Shown: positions 53,967-63,403, counted from the first letter of the stretch. The stretch: 64,000 nt of DNA from an uncultured Elusimicrobia bacterium (GCA_963702895.1 OY969767.1:96001-160000); one strand, 5' to 3'. Numbers and translations: made by a program. The notes: generated from the sequence alone by a model not told the origin.

Positions 53967-54899
53967 ATGGCCCGGGTCGCCGCAAAGCGGCGAACCTCGC
54001 CTTTCGGGCGGGCCGCGGCCGGCATGTGCTTATGGATGTGCTGCTGCGTTCCGGCGGCCCGCCCAGCCTATGGCGAGCTCAGCCCTCCGGCGGCCCGGGT
54101 CGCCGCGCTTGAGCGAACCTCGCCCTCCCGGCGGGCCGCGTCTGCGCCTCTGCCGCTCATTCAAATCAGCGTTGAGGTGGTGGAAGTGGACGAGCAAAAG
54201 GCGAGTCACTTAGGTATTGAGTGGCTGAGCCAGCTCCGCGTGGAGGAAACGTCGATTCCCTCCTTTCTTGGTGTTGGGACGTGGCAAAGAGGCAAGCTCT
54301 ATGCGGACCTCCACTTTCTGGAAGAAGCCGGAGCCGCGGACCTCTTGGCGAACCCCAAACTCGTGGCGCGGGATGGCGCGAGCGCGACCTTTCATGCCGG
54401 CGGCGAGATACCTTACGCCACCTCCTCCTCCGACAAGGCGGTGAGCGTCGAATTTAAACCGTATGGCGTCGCACTCCAAGTGAAGCCGCACGTCAACGAG
54501 GCGTCTCTCATCGAGCTCGCGGTGGAGGCCGAAGTCAGCAGTCCCGACACGCAAAGCGGCGTGAGCCTCTCCGGAAATGTCGTTCCTGGAATCCGTTCCC
54601 GTAAAGCCAGCACGCAACTGACGCTAGCCCCCGACACCACCCTCACCATGGCCGGGCTCCTCCAGAACGACAGGGAATGGAAAAGGGAAGGGGTGCCGGT
54701 GCTCATGCACATTCCCCTCCTCAAATATTTCTTCAGCCACAAAGTCAAAATCATGCGCAAGACGTCCATCGTGATTTTCGTGACCCCCAGGATTTTAGAT
54801 GGGCCCAAAGCTCCTGTGGCGTTACAGCAGCCGCAGGATCAGGAGTCGGACCTCTTGCGCATCGAACATGAGAAAGATATGGGGACCTTCCGTGGTTAA
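53967..54899 (+). CDS. Secretin (RcpA/CpaC-like) of the Tad pilus
   Basis: LLANPKLV, FHAGGEIPY, GVPVLMHIPLL, IFVTP. Confidence 0.85.
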   Translation: MARVAAKRRTSPFGRAAAGMCLWMCCCVPAARPAYGELSPPAARVAALERTSPSRRAASAPLPLIQISVEVVEVDEQKASHLGIEWLSQLRVEETSIPSFLGVGTWQRGKLYADLHFLEEAGAADLLANPKLVARDGASATFHAGGEIPYATSSSDKAVSVEFKPYGVALQVKPHVNEASLIELAVEAEVSSPDTQSGVSLSGNVVPGIRSRKASTQLTLAPDTTLTMAGLLQNDREWKREGVPVLMHIPLLKYFFSHKVKIMRKTSIVIFVTPRILDGPKAPVALQQPQDQESDLLRIEHEKDMGTFRG

Positions 54900-55434
54900 C
54901 CGAAATTCAAAAAGTCGTCATCCCGGCGCGTCGTTAGCCGGGATCCATCATGATAGACCCCGGCTAACAATCCGCCGGGGTGACGGCCATGAGACTTGCG
55001 GAAGAGACACTCGGTTATCTTCGGGGCAGGCACTGGTCGAGGTCGCCCTCGTCTTGCCCTGCGTCTGCCTGGGGATCTTTATGGCACTGCAGCTTATCCT
55101 TTACTGCCACAACATGATCGAACTCCAGAGAATGGCCCAGGTCATGTCAGACCGACAAAGCTATAGCGCGACAAAGTCTGTGCGGGACTACTCGAGGTTC
55201 CACGCGCTTTGGGGAAAGGTGGGATTGGGAAAGCTGAGAGTCGAACATTGGCAGCCCCGTCCCTGGAGGCCGTTCCGGGGGATCTCCACCGTCCAGCATC
55301 CCGGCCTGTTTTACCGTGTTCAGGTAGGAGCGACGCTTTTCCCCGGCCATGGTTTCAGCCGGGTCTTGGGATGGGCCAGCAAGACAGGATACGCCGAGGG
55401 CTATCTTGAGCCTCCCCTGCCCCAAGAGAGCTGA
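54892..55434 (+). CDS. TadE-like pseudopilin (start uncertain; family B repeat in N-terminal region)
   Basis: GQALVEVALVLP followed by a hydrophobic helix. Confidence 0.75.
   Translation: MVNRNSKSRHPGASLAGIHHDRPRLTIRRGDGHETCGRDTRLSSGQALVEVALVLPCVCLGIFMALQLILYCHNMIELQRMAQVMSDRQSYSATKSVRDYSRFHALWGKVGLGKLRVEHWQPRPWRPFRGISTVQHPGLFYRVQVGATLFPGHGFSRVLGWASKTGYAEGYLEPPLPQES
54917..54984. repeat. Family B palindromic repeat
   Basis: Nearly the reverse complement of 38597-38679. Confidence 0.85.
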
Positions 55435-55436
55435 CC

Positions 55437-56174
55437 ATGCGTTACGGGAATGATCGCGGGCAGCTCCTCTTTCCGGTTCTGGGTGTTCTTTTCTTCTTTG
55501 GCATGTTCTGGGTGGCCTATGTTCTTTGGTGCAGGCAGCTCTACATCAAAATGCGCGTGGACGCGGTGGCTGATCTGGTCGCCTTGAGCGCCGCCAGGCA
55601 ACAAGCCCAGATGCTCAATGAGATCGGCACCCTCCAAATGCTGGAGAACATGCTTCTTCCGGAGATCAAGGGGTACGGGATCATGCCAATCAATTCGAAA
55701 TCGAGCTTTGAGGGGCTCAATGGAGTCCTCCGGTACACCAAAAAGAGCTACGGGCCGCGCGTGCTGGCCGTCGCGAACAGCATCGCGCGGCACAATGGAG
55801 GCGCTCGCGCTCTGCCTTCTCCCTATGGGGCGTCGCTCGCCGAGCTCGTCGATCCACGCCTGGGCCCGGAGCCCGTGATCGTGGTTTATTTCGCGGGCAG
55901 CTGGCCTGTGGAGGCGAAATATTATGAGGAAGCCTTCTATGCCCGGCAGTGGTCCCCCGGCAAGCTCAAGGCACAGCCGGATCATAAGAGCGACTGGCTG
56001 GTTTGTCTGGACAAGATCTGCAGCGAGGCTCGGGCGCGCTTGTGGCTCGACGTGGATGAACGCTCGGCGCTTCATAACGGCGGGTTCCCAAGCCGGCAAG
56101 CTTCCTGGCTGAGGAAGATCGGAATCCAGTGCTTTTACCCCCAATTCAACGCGCGGTTATGGCCAAAGCGATGA
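55437..56174 (+). CDS. Tad (TadG-like) pilus-associated protein
   Basis: RGQ + hydrophobic N-terminus; DAVADLVALSAA. Confidence 0.7.
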   Translation: MRYGNDRGQLLFPVLGVLFFFGMFWVAYVLWCRQLYIKMRVDAVADLVALSAARQQAQMLNEIGTLQMLENMLLPEIKGYGIMPINSKSSFEGLNGVLRYTKKSYGPRVLAVANSIARHNGGARALPSPYGASLAELVDPRLGPEPVIVVYFAGSWPVEAKYYEEAFYARQWSPGKLKAQPDHKSDWLVCLDKICSEARARLWLDVDERSALHNGGFPSRQASWLRKIGIQCFYPQFNARLWPKR

Positions 56175-56236
56175 TGAACCGGGAGTCTTCTGTCGGGCCG
56201 GTTTTGTCGTCTGTGGTCAGTGTTCTAGTTTGTGCC

Positions 56237-56300
56237 GTCATCCCGGCGGACGCCGGGATCCATCATTTTTGTCGAACAATGATAGACCCCGGCTTTCGCC
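56237..56300. repeat. Left part of a family B repeat interrupted by IS110 element 2 (right part 57549-57556)
   Basis: GACCCCGGCTTTCGCC + GGGGTGAC restores the hairpin. Confidence 0.88.
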
Positions 56301-56309
56301 TATTAGACT

Positions 56310-56490
56310 TTTCTCGAGTCTTTGTAGACTCTAGAAGAAGACACCGACAAGAATGGAATAAGTCTAACTTTCGCCAAGGTGAAAACCATACCCCGGTAAA
56401 GACCCCATTCTTTCGTGATCCAAAGCTAGATAGAAGTGATGTCATAAAAACCCTTAATAGGCAAAGCTCGCATCACGAATGTCGGCACTT
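56310..56490 (+). ncRNA. Predicted bridge RNA of IS110 element 2 (ends approximate)
   Basis: 5' hairpin GAGTCT/AGACTC; target loop with CTTTCGCC and ACCCCGG; donor loop with ATAGAAGT and TAATAGG. Confidence 0.85.
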
Positions 56491-56505
56491 ACAAAAAGGA
56501 GCCTT

Positions 56506-57531
56506 ATGAACCCACCTCTCCATTACATAGGCGTTGATATCGCCGATCAAACCTTCAGCGCAACACATTACAGCTCAGCCGAACAAAAGTATTCCAAACA
56601 TCAGACGCTCGCCAATACACCCGCCGGCTTTGAGGAATTCGAAGCCTGGTTTAAGAAACGCGGAGTCGATTCCACCAATACCGTGGTCTGCATGGAAGCC
56701 ACCGGTGTTTATGCGGAGCAGCTCTGCTACTGGCTCTGTGCCAAAGGCTATCCGGTGTCGGTGGAGGCGCCGCATAAAACCAAACGCGCCTTTCACCCCC
56801 TGGGAGCCAAAAGCGACCCCATCGATAGCCGCCAGCTCGCCGAATATGCCTGGCGCTTTTTCGATCAACTCGCGTTCTGGAAACCCTCGGAAGCCTTGAT
56901 CGAACAAGTCCGTGTTCTTCTGACGACGCGCGAGCAGCTGACCGGCCAGATGACCGCCAATCAAAATGCCTTGTCGGCCATCAGCCGGAAAGTCGTTCGC
57001 ACGATCCTCGCCGAACAAAGCTTCCTGGACACCATCCGCCATCTCAAAGAACAGATCAAAAAAATCGATCAGGCCTTGGATCAACTGATCTCAAACCACC
57101 CCACCATTGGCCCCATGGTGAGCTTGCTGCTCACCATCCCTGGGGTGGGCCGACTCTTGACGGCCCATTTGATGGTCATCAGCCAAGGCTTTACGCGATC
57201 CCTGGAACCCCGCCGCATCGCCTCGTATTTGGGCATGTGCCCACTCGAACACTCCAGCGGAACTTCCGTGCGCAAGAATGCAAGCTCTCGCGGGATCGGT
57301 CCGGACATCATCCGCAAGCTATTGCACCTGGCAGCCCGATCCCTTCGCACACATCATCAGCAGTTCAGGCACTACTTTGAAAGAAAAGTACAAGCCGGAA
57401 AAGCCAAACGCTTGGCGCTCAACAACATTGCCAACAAACTCTTGCGCATTATCTGTGCCGTACTGCGCACAAAGTCACCGTATCTTGCTGACTATAGGTC
57501 AGTCAATCCTCGGATCCTAAAAAATGCTTGA
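56506..57531 (+). CDS. IS110 family DEDD recombinase/transposase
   Basis: IGVDIA, MEATGVY, AKSDPIDS, TIPGVG, EHSSG; AAGGAG RBS. Confidence 0.95.
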   Translation: MNPPLHYIGVDIADQTFSATHYSSAEQKYSKHQTLANTPAGFEEFEAWFKKRGVDSTNTVVCMEATGVYAEQLCYWLCAKGYPVSVEAPHKTKRAFHPLGAKSDPIDSRQLAEYAWRFFDQLAFWKPSEALIEQVRVLLTTREQLTGQMTANQNALSAISRKVVRTILAEQSFLDTIRHLKEQIKKIDQALDQLISNHPTIGPMVSLLLTIPGVGRLLTAHLMVISQGFTRSLEPRRIASYLGMCPLEHSSGTSVRKNASSRGIGPDIIRKLLHLAARSLRTHHQQFRHYFERKVQAGKAKRLALNNIANKLLRIICAVLRTKSPYLADYRSVNPRILKNA

Positions 57532-57574
57532 CCGAGGTCATAGAAATCGGGGTGACGTCAATAGAAGATTTCGG

Positions 57575-58018
57575 ATGAATGCTCGCGGGCAGGCGCTTAT
57601 CGAAGCCGCGGCCTTGTTCCTGGCGCTGTCGGTCCTCTTGGGCGGGCTTGCCGGCTTCACTCAGTGGTTTGCCATCAGGCAAAAGCTGCTCCTGGCGGCC
57701 AAAGAGGGAGCCCTGCTCTACAGCTCCGGACATTGGCGGAGAACGGAAGTGGAAGCGCGCATGCGTAATTTTTTGGTCACGGGCGCCCCTGCCTTGAACC
57801 CGCGGGGGATCACCGTTTCGCTGCGCCCCTTGTCCGGTTTCATGGCCTGGCTCGGGCAATTTGACGAGTGCGTCGTGACCTACGCTCCTCCTGGGGGCTG
57901 GCACGCCCTGCTTGGCGCCGGCCGCTCCGTGTCCGAACGTTTTGTGGTGAAGCACGCGCCTCCCTATTGGTCCTCCCACGCGTCACGGGCAGGCCCGGCG
58001 GTCCGCTATGGCGAATAA
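57575..58018 (+). CDS. TadE-like pseudopilin
   Basis: MNARGQALIEAA, AAKEGA. Confidence 0.8.
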   Translation: MNARGQALIEAAALFLALSVLLGGLAGFTQWFAIRQKLLLAAKEGALLYSSGHWRRTEVEARMRNFLVTGAPALNPRGITVSLRPLSGFMAWLGQFDECVVTYAPPGGWHALLGAGRSVSERFVVKHAPPYWSSHASRAGPAVRYGE

Positions 58019-58772
58019 ACGGCTTCTCGTGCGTATCGGTCTGGCGACAGCGATACTCGTCGCGGGCGCCAGTCTCATGAGGGATGCCGTTCCTCGCTTC
58101 TGGCGCCCCTCAAGCTCTGATCCGGGAGACATCACCTTGGTCCTGGTGGCAGACCATTACATCCCCGCCTTCACCCCGCTTCGCACGGTCCATGTCCGTG
58201 CCCAGGAATACCCTAAGGCACTTGTGCCGCCGGGCGCGCTGCGCGACCGGCAGGAACTTCACAATGAAAATGGTCAGACGCGTTTCACGTCGGCCATCGC
58301 GATACCGGAGCATCACCCCATCACCCGGGCGATGCTCTCGGACGCCTCCAGGGAAGACGGCTTGGGATCATTTCTCTGGCCGGGCAAAGTCGCCGTATCT
58401 TTTGAAATCGACCGTGCCCACGGGGTGGGCGGCTGGATCAGGCCCGGGGACACGGTCGCCCTGTTCAGGTCGAGCCGCGTGCTCCTGGACGGGGCTCGAC
58501 CTGTGAAAGAGGGCTCACGGCTTCTCTTTCCTTCATTATTTGTGATTGCCGTGGACCGCGAGCGCGTGGGACAGAACCGGGAGAAGGCGCCGGAGGCCTC
58601 CGCGGAACCGTTCGGCGCCTCCATGGGAGCTCTCCCGCAAGAGTCCAGTGTCCTGACGGTTCTGGCCAACCCCGCGGAGGCCTCCGGCCTTATCGCGGCG
58701 CGCGAGGAGGGGGCGATCAGCGTGGCGCTGCGGGCGCCCGGAGATGAGGTGCCATGGCGCGAGGGAAGATAA
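58008..58772 (+). CDS. cpaB: Flp pilus assembly protein CpaB
   Basis: SAF-like region, GVGGWIRPGDTV, C-terminal VALR. Confidence 0.85.
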   Translation: MANKRLLVRIGLATAILVAGASLMRDAVPRFWRPSSSDPGDITLVLVADHYIPAFTPLRTVHVRAQEYPKALVPPGALRDRQELHNENGQTRFTSAIAIPEHHPITRAMLSDASREDGLGSFLWPGKVAVSFEIDRAHGVGGWIRPGDTVALFRSSRVLLDGARPVKEGSRLLFPSLFVIAVDRERVGQNREKAPEASAEPFGASMGALPQESSVLTVLANPAEASGLIAAREEGAISVALRAPGDEVPWREGR

Positions 58773-60535
58773 TACCGATATGGTCAGACCTCCCGGACCA
58801 GGAGCGACGAAACTTCGCTCAGGCGCTCGCGGGTGTTTTCCATGAAGAGCATCAGGACGTTCTGCTCGTGGACTGTGGGCATCCCGAACCACATCCCGAT
58901 CCGGCGGAGTGGGCACCTAAGTTCAAGGCCCTTGCGCCGGCACTCCTGCGCAACTATCTGGAAGCCGGGGACCACAAGGGAGGCTGCTTAAAGCTGTCAC
59001 ACCTTCCGGGGAAAGTTCAAGGCCTTGAACTTTTTGAGCTTCTGGCGCGCGCCTACGACTGGGTGTTGGTCTTGGCGCCTGCGGGTGCGGCCTCCCAGGC
59101 GGGCCCGCTTTTTGAGGCTGCCAGCTTTGTGGTCTGGCTCGGACAGGCCGGTCCTGACCTCGCCTCGCGCTATGAAGCGTTTCTGGGCCGTCTATCGCCC
59201 TCGCATTTCCCCCATGCGTACGTTCTTCCCGTGGAAGGGCCTGACCGGAGCATAGGCTCTCATCCAAATGAAGCGTGCCTTAAGGAGTTGGCCCGAAGAC
59301 TGGAAGATCAGCCTGGTGTCGCCAGGCCCAAAGGGGATTCGCCCTTGACCGGCGCGCCCTCGCCGGACCAGGCTGTGGATCAACTCAAAGCGCGAGCGCA
59401 GCCGGAGCTCATGAAGACCCTCGAGGATACAACAACCCTGGAAGCTGACACGGCACGGAAGACCATCGAGCTCTGCCTTGCCAGGGACGCCTCCCTGCCG
59501 GCTTCGCCCGCTCAAAGGGGGATGATCCTCGAACTCGTCATGCAGGACGTCCTGGGTCTTGGGCCGCTCGATCCCTTGCTCAAGGACCCGGAGGTTTCCG
59601 AGGTGATGGTGAATGGCCCGGAGCGCGTCTACGTTGAAAAGAAAGGGAGGCTTGTGCCGACCGATGCCCGCTTCTCATCGGACAAGCAGCTGCGCACGGT
59701 GATTGACCGGATTGTGGCTCCCATCGGGCGCCGCGTGGATGAGAGCATGCCGCTCTGCGACGCGCGGCTCGCGGACGGCTCCCGGGTGAACATCGTTCTT
59801 CCGCCGCTCTCACTCGACGGGCCGACCTTGACCATCCGGAAGTTCTCGGCGCGCGCGCTGGGCCTCGCGGAGCTCGAGCGCCTGGGATCGCTGAGCCCCG
59901 CGATGGCCGATTTCCTTTTGCGCGCGGTGCGCGCGCGCCGCAACATCGTGGTCTCGGGCGGAACCGGCAGCGGAAAGACCACGCTCCTGAATGCCCTCTC
60001 GGGTGCCATCCCGGACGAGGAGCGGATCGTCACCATCGAAGACGCCGCCGAGCTCAAGCTCCAGAAGCCCCATGTGGTGCGTCTGGAGAGCCGGCCTCCC
60101 AACGCCGAAGGGGAAGGCGCGATTCCCATCCGGCGCCTTGTGATCAACGCCCTGCGCATGCGGCCGGACCGGATTGTCGTGGGGGAATGCCGCGGCGGGG
60201 AGGCGCTCGATATGCTGCAGGCCATGAACACGGGGCACGACGGCTCCATGACCACCCTGCACGCCAATTCGCCCCGGGACGCTCTGGGGCGGCTCGAGAC
60301 CCTCGTGCTCATGGCCGGGCTTGACTTGCCGGTCCGGGTCGTGCGCGAACAGATCCGGAGTGCCATCCACCTCCTTGTCCAGCAGGCCAGGCTTGCGGAT
60401 GGCTCACGGAAGGTCACCTCGATCACGGAAGTTACGGGCATGGAAGGGGAGGTGCTCACCACCCAGGAGCTCTACGGCTTCAAGTCGGGCTGCTTTGAGG
60501 CGACGGGCGTCGTCTCCGGAATGGTGCCGTCATGA
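58754..60535 (+). CDS. cpaF: Tad pilus ATPase CpaF/TadA with N-terminal extension
   Basis: GGTGSGKTT, TIED, LRMRPDR, AMNTGHDG. Confidence 0.93.
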   Translation: MARGKIIPIWSDLPDQERRNFAQALAGVFHEEHQDVLLVDCGHPEPHPDPAEWAPKFKALAPALLRNYLEAGDHKGGCLKLSHLPGKVQGLELFELLARAYDWVLVLAPAGAASQAGPLFEAASFVVWLGQAGPDLASRYEAFLGRLSPSHFPHAYVLPVEGPDRSIGSHPNEACLKELARRLEDQPGVARPKGDSPLTGAPSPDQAVDQLKARAQPELMKTLEDTTTLEADTARKTIELCLARDASLPASPAQRGMILELVMQDVLGLGPLDPLLKDPEVSEVMVNGPERVYVEKKGRLVPTDARFSSDKQLRTVIDRIVAPIGRRVDESMPLCDARLADGSRVNIVLPPLSLDGPTLTIRKFSARALGLAELERLGSLSPAMADFLLRAVRARRNIVVSGGTGSGKTTLLNALSGAIPDEERIVTIEDAAELKLQKPHVVRLESRPPNAEGEGAIPIRRLVINALRMRPDRIVVGECRGGEALDMLQAMNTGHDGSMTTLHANSPRDALGRLETLVLMAGLDLPVRVVREQIRSAIHLLVQQARLADGSRKVTSITEVTGMEGEVLTTQELYGFKSGCFEATGVVSGMVPS

Positions 60536-61155
60536 TCATTTTGGCCGCGCTCGGAATGATCAGTCTCCTGATTCCATCCCTATTGAAGAAGATGCGGACA
60601 GAACAGCGGCGGCTCCTCCTGGCGAGCCAGCTCCACCAGGCGCTGGAGAACATGGTCCACGCGCTGCGCACAGGCCTCGGGCTCCAGCAGGCGCTCGAAG
60701 CCGCGGCGAGGGAGGGCGACCAGCCGCTTGCCGGCGAGTGGCAATCTCTGCTGAAGTCCGTCCGGCTGGGCGCGCCCTGGCCGGAAGCGCTGGATCAACT
60801 GGGCAAGCGGGTCGATCTTGCGGAGATGAAGTGGTTTGTGACCGCCGTTGGGATCACGCGCCAGACCGGAGGGCCGCTCACCCAGGTCCTTGAGACTTTG
60901 GCGGACACCCTGGAGGAGCGGCTCGTGCTGCGAGAGAAGATCAAGGCCCTGACCGCTCAAGGGAAAGCGTCCGGGGCCGTGCTCGCCGCGCTACCCTTCC
61001 TGATTCTGGGCGCCTTGCGGCTGCTTGTGCCGGAGCTCGTCCGCCCGATGTTCATGACCGCTACGGGACAGCTTCTGGTCGCCGGCGTCATCGTGTCGGT
61101 GGCGGTGGGGGGGCTGATCATGTGGAAAATCGTTCACATCCGGGTAGAGTCATGA
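60532..61155 (+). CDS. tadB: TadB (T2SS F family)
   Basis: T2SSF-like, QTGG, ALTAQG; follows cpaF. Confidence 0.88.
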   Translation: MIILAALGMISLLIPSLLKKMRTEQRRLLLASQLHQALENMVHALRTGLGLQQALEAAAREGDQPLAGEWQSLLKSVRLGAPWPEALDQLGKRVDLAEMKWFVTAVGITRQTGGPLTQVLETLADTLEERLVLREKIKALTAQGKASGAVLAALPFLILGALRLLVPELVRPMFMTATGQLLVAGVIVSVAVGGLIMWKIVHIRVES

Positions 61156-61817
61156 AGCATTTGTGGGATCTAGCGCTAATCCGAATCGCTCAATTGAGAC
61201 GTCACCCCGGTGAAAACCGGGGTCCAGAAGCCGACAGATCATGGATCCCGGCTTTCGCCGGGATGACGGAACGAAAAAATCCCGAAATTTCAGTCGACAA
61301 GCCACGTTTAGCTACACTTTTTCGGCTGTGCGTGTGCCGGAAATGGAGAGAGAAGAAAAGAAACGAGGATATCCTCGTGATGCTTCCGGAGGCGCTCGAC
61401 CTCATGACTGTGGTGATCCAGGCGGGGCTCGACTTCCAGGTGGCCCTGGCGAGGTATCTCGAGTTCTCAGCGGGAGGCGCACTGCGCGAGGAATTCGCGA
61501 AGGTCCAGCGGGCGCTCCAAACGGGCTCCTCACGCGCTGACGCCCTGCGGGCCCTGGCGGCCGGCGCCTCGTGCCCGGAGTTGCGGCAAACCGCCAAAGC
61601 CGTGCTCCAGGCCATGGAGTTGGGGTCCGGCCTCACGCCCATCCTTCGGGCACAGTCGCGGCTTCTTCGAAAGAAGCGGGCCCTGGCGGCCGAAAAGACG
61701 GCGGCCCTGGCGCCGCTCAAGCTCCTGTTCCCCTTGTTTGTCTTTATCTTCCCGACGATCTTTGTGGTGCTCTTCGGGCCCGTCGTGCTTGCCGTGATGA
61801 AGGGAAGCACGGGATGA
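61152..61817 (+). CDS. tadC: TadC (T2SS F family) with family B repeat in frame at the N-terminus
   Basis: LPEALDLM, AGL, KLLFPL..IFP. Confidence 0.82.
   Translation: MKHLWDLALIRIAQLRRHPGENRGPEADRSWIPAFAGMTERKNPEISVDKPRLATLFRLCVCRKWREKKRNEDILVMLPEALDLMTVVIQAGLDFQVALARYLEFSAGGALREEFAKVQRALQTGSSRADALRALAAGASCPELRQTAKAVLQAMELGSGLTPILRAQSRLLRKKRALAAEKTAALAPLKLLFPLFVFIFPTIFVVLFGPVVLAVMKGSTG
61201..61267. repeat. Family B palindromic repeat in frame in tadC
   Basis: GTCACCCCGGTGAAAACCGGGGTCCA..TGGATCCCGGCTTTCGCCGGGATGAC. Confidence 0.88.
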
Positions 61818-62668
61818 AAGCCGGCCGGAGCATCCGTCTTGGCGTCTTCATCTGTCTGGGCGTCGCGTTCCTGGTTGTTCTTCACCTTTCCCAGGTGAAG
61901 GCGGGGCTCCTGCAGCTGGAACAGGCGGCCGCGAGGCAGCTGGCGGGAGGCTTCATGCCGCTCCTCACGAAAGCGCATCAGAATCAGGACGACCTTTCGA
62001 TCACGGAACTGCTGAATGCTCTTTCAAAGGCGCCTGGTGTTCAAAGCGCTCGTGTCCTGGAGGGAGGGGCAAAGATCATAAGGGATCCTCCCCGCTACGC
62101 CTTTGCGCTCAAAGGCCGTGACCGGACCTGGGGAAACCTCGAGCTTTGCATATCGGCCCACACCCGAAAAAAGATGGTGCAAAAGCAGCTCCTCGTGAGC
62201 CTCATCCTCTATGGGCTTCTGGGGGGAGCCCTTTATGGGTATCTCGAGCGATCGGACATCCATCGATCGCGATGGGAGGGCAAACGGACGGAGCTCGAGG
62301 CTCAGCGGGCGAAGGAGACGCGCCTTCGAGAAGCCGCGGAAGGCCTGGCCAGGCAGGCAAGCCTGCGCACGAGCGCTGTCCTGCGGGACGTCGTGGCGTT
62401 GATCGAAAAGCCCGTGATCCTTCTGGATGAGCGGCAACGCGTGGCGGCAATGAGCCGCCCGGCTCTTGAGCTCATGCGCCAAGCTTCACTTGAGTCCATG
62501 TTGAACAAGTCCTGGCTTGAGGCGCCACTCCTCGGCGAATGCGGGAAAGCGATTGAGGACGCCCTACGGGACCCGCGCAGCACACAGTCGGTCCCCGTGA
62601 TGCCGGGAGGCTTGACGCTCAGGCTGAGGGCCATCGGTGATGATTGGGTGGAAATAAGGATAGAATAG
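61814..62668 (+). CDS. Membrane protein with two TM segments, coiled coil and PAS-like C-terminus
   Basis: ATG overlaps tadC stop; PVILLDERQRVAAMS..A. Confidence 0.6.
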   Translation: MKAGRSIRLGVFICLGVAFLVVLHLSQVKAGLLQLEQAAARQLAGGFMPLLTKAHQNQDDLSITELLNALSKAPGVQSARVLEGGAKIIRDPPRYAFALKGRDRTWGNLELCISAHTRKKMVQKQLLVSLILYGLLGGALYGYLERSDIHRSRWEGKRTELEAQRAKETRLREAAEGLARQASLRTSAVLRDVVALIEKPVILLDERQRVAAMSRPALELMRQASLESMLNKSWLEAPLLGECGKAIEDALRDPRSTQSVPVMPGGLTLRLRAIGDDWVEIRIE

Positions 62669-62699
62669 AGCCATTCGTTATCTTTTGAAGGAGGCTGCG

Positions 62700-63314
62700 A
62701 TGAATCATTCATGGAGAACTCTTGGGGTTGTGATGGTCTTGACTGCGGTATCCGTGGTGTCTGTCCGGGCCGAAATCGCGATCGGCAAACCGGCGCCTGA
62801 TTTTACGGCCAGAGGGAGTGACGGGAAGTCCTATCAGCTGGCTGACTTGAAGGGGAAGTTCGTGGTCCTGCAGTGGTACAACCGGGATTGTCCCTTTATC
62901 GTGAAGCACTACGAACCGGGGAATATGCAGATGCTCCAGGGGAAGTACGCCAAGCTAGGCGTGATTTGGTTTGAAGTTGTCTCCAGCGCACCGGACAAAC
63001 AGGGGTATTTGACAGCGCAGGAAGCCCAGAAAAACCGCGCGCAGGTGGGTTCCAAGGCCCTTGCAACGCTCCTGGATCCGGAAGGCGAAATCGGTCGTCT
63101 TTTCAAGGCGAAAACGACGCCGCATATGTTCATCATCGACCCCAAGGGGATCCTCATCTACAACGGGGCGATCGATGACCACAACTCCGTCTCTTCCGAT
63201 GATATCCCGATGTCCAAAAATTATGTCGCGGCGGCCCTCGATGAGGCGCTCGCGGGCAAACCCGTCACGACGCCGTTCACCAAGCCCTACGGCTGCAGCG
63301 TCAAGTACAAATAA
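62700..63314 (+). CDS. Exported thioredoxin-fold redoxin
   Basis: GKPAPDF, DCPF, KTTPHMF, GAIDD, YGCSVKY. Confidence 0.88.
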   Translation: MNHSWRTLGVVMVLTAVSVVSVRAEIAIGKPAPDFTARGSDGKSYQLADLKGKFVVLQWYNRDCPFIVKHYEPGNMQMLQGKYAKLGVIWFEVVSSAPDKQGYLTAQEAQKNRAQVGSKALATLLDPEGEIGRLFKAKTTPHMFIIDPKGILIYNGAIDDHNSVSSDDIPMSKNYVAAALDEALAGKPVTTPFTKPYGCSVKYK

Positions 63315-63403
63315 TTACGGCAAACATCGTGAATCGTAAATCGTGAATGGTAAATTGTCCAAACCCTTCACTATTTAGAATTCACCATTCACGAAGTTTG
63401 CCG

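Larger units (their letters stand above)
56301..57548 (+). mobile_element. IS110 family insertion sequence 2
   Basis: Junctions defined by the split repeat; ~205-nt non-coding left end; DEDD recombinase; lower GC. Confidence 0.92.

Noticed and set aside
56129..56509. 126-aa ORF
   Set aside because: Spans a family B repeat and the IS110 non-coding end; no protein features.
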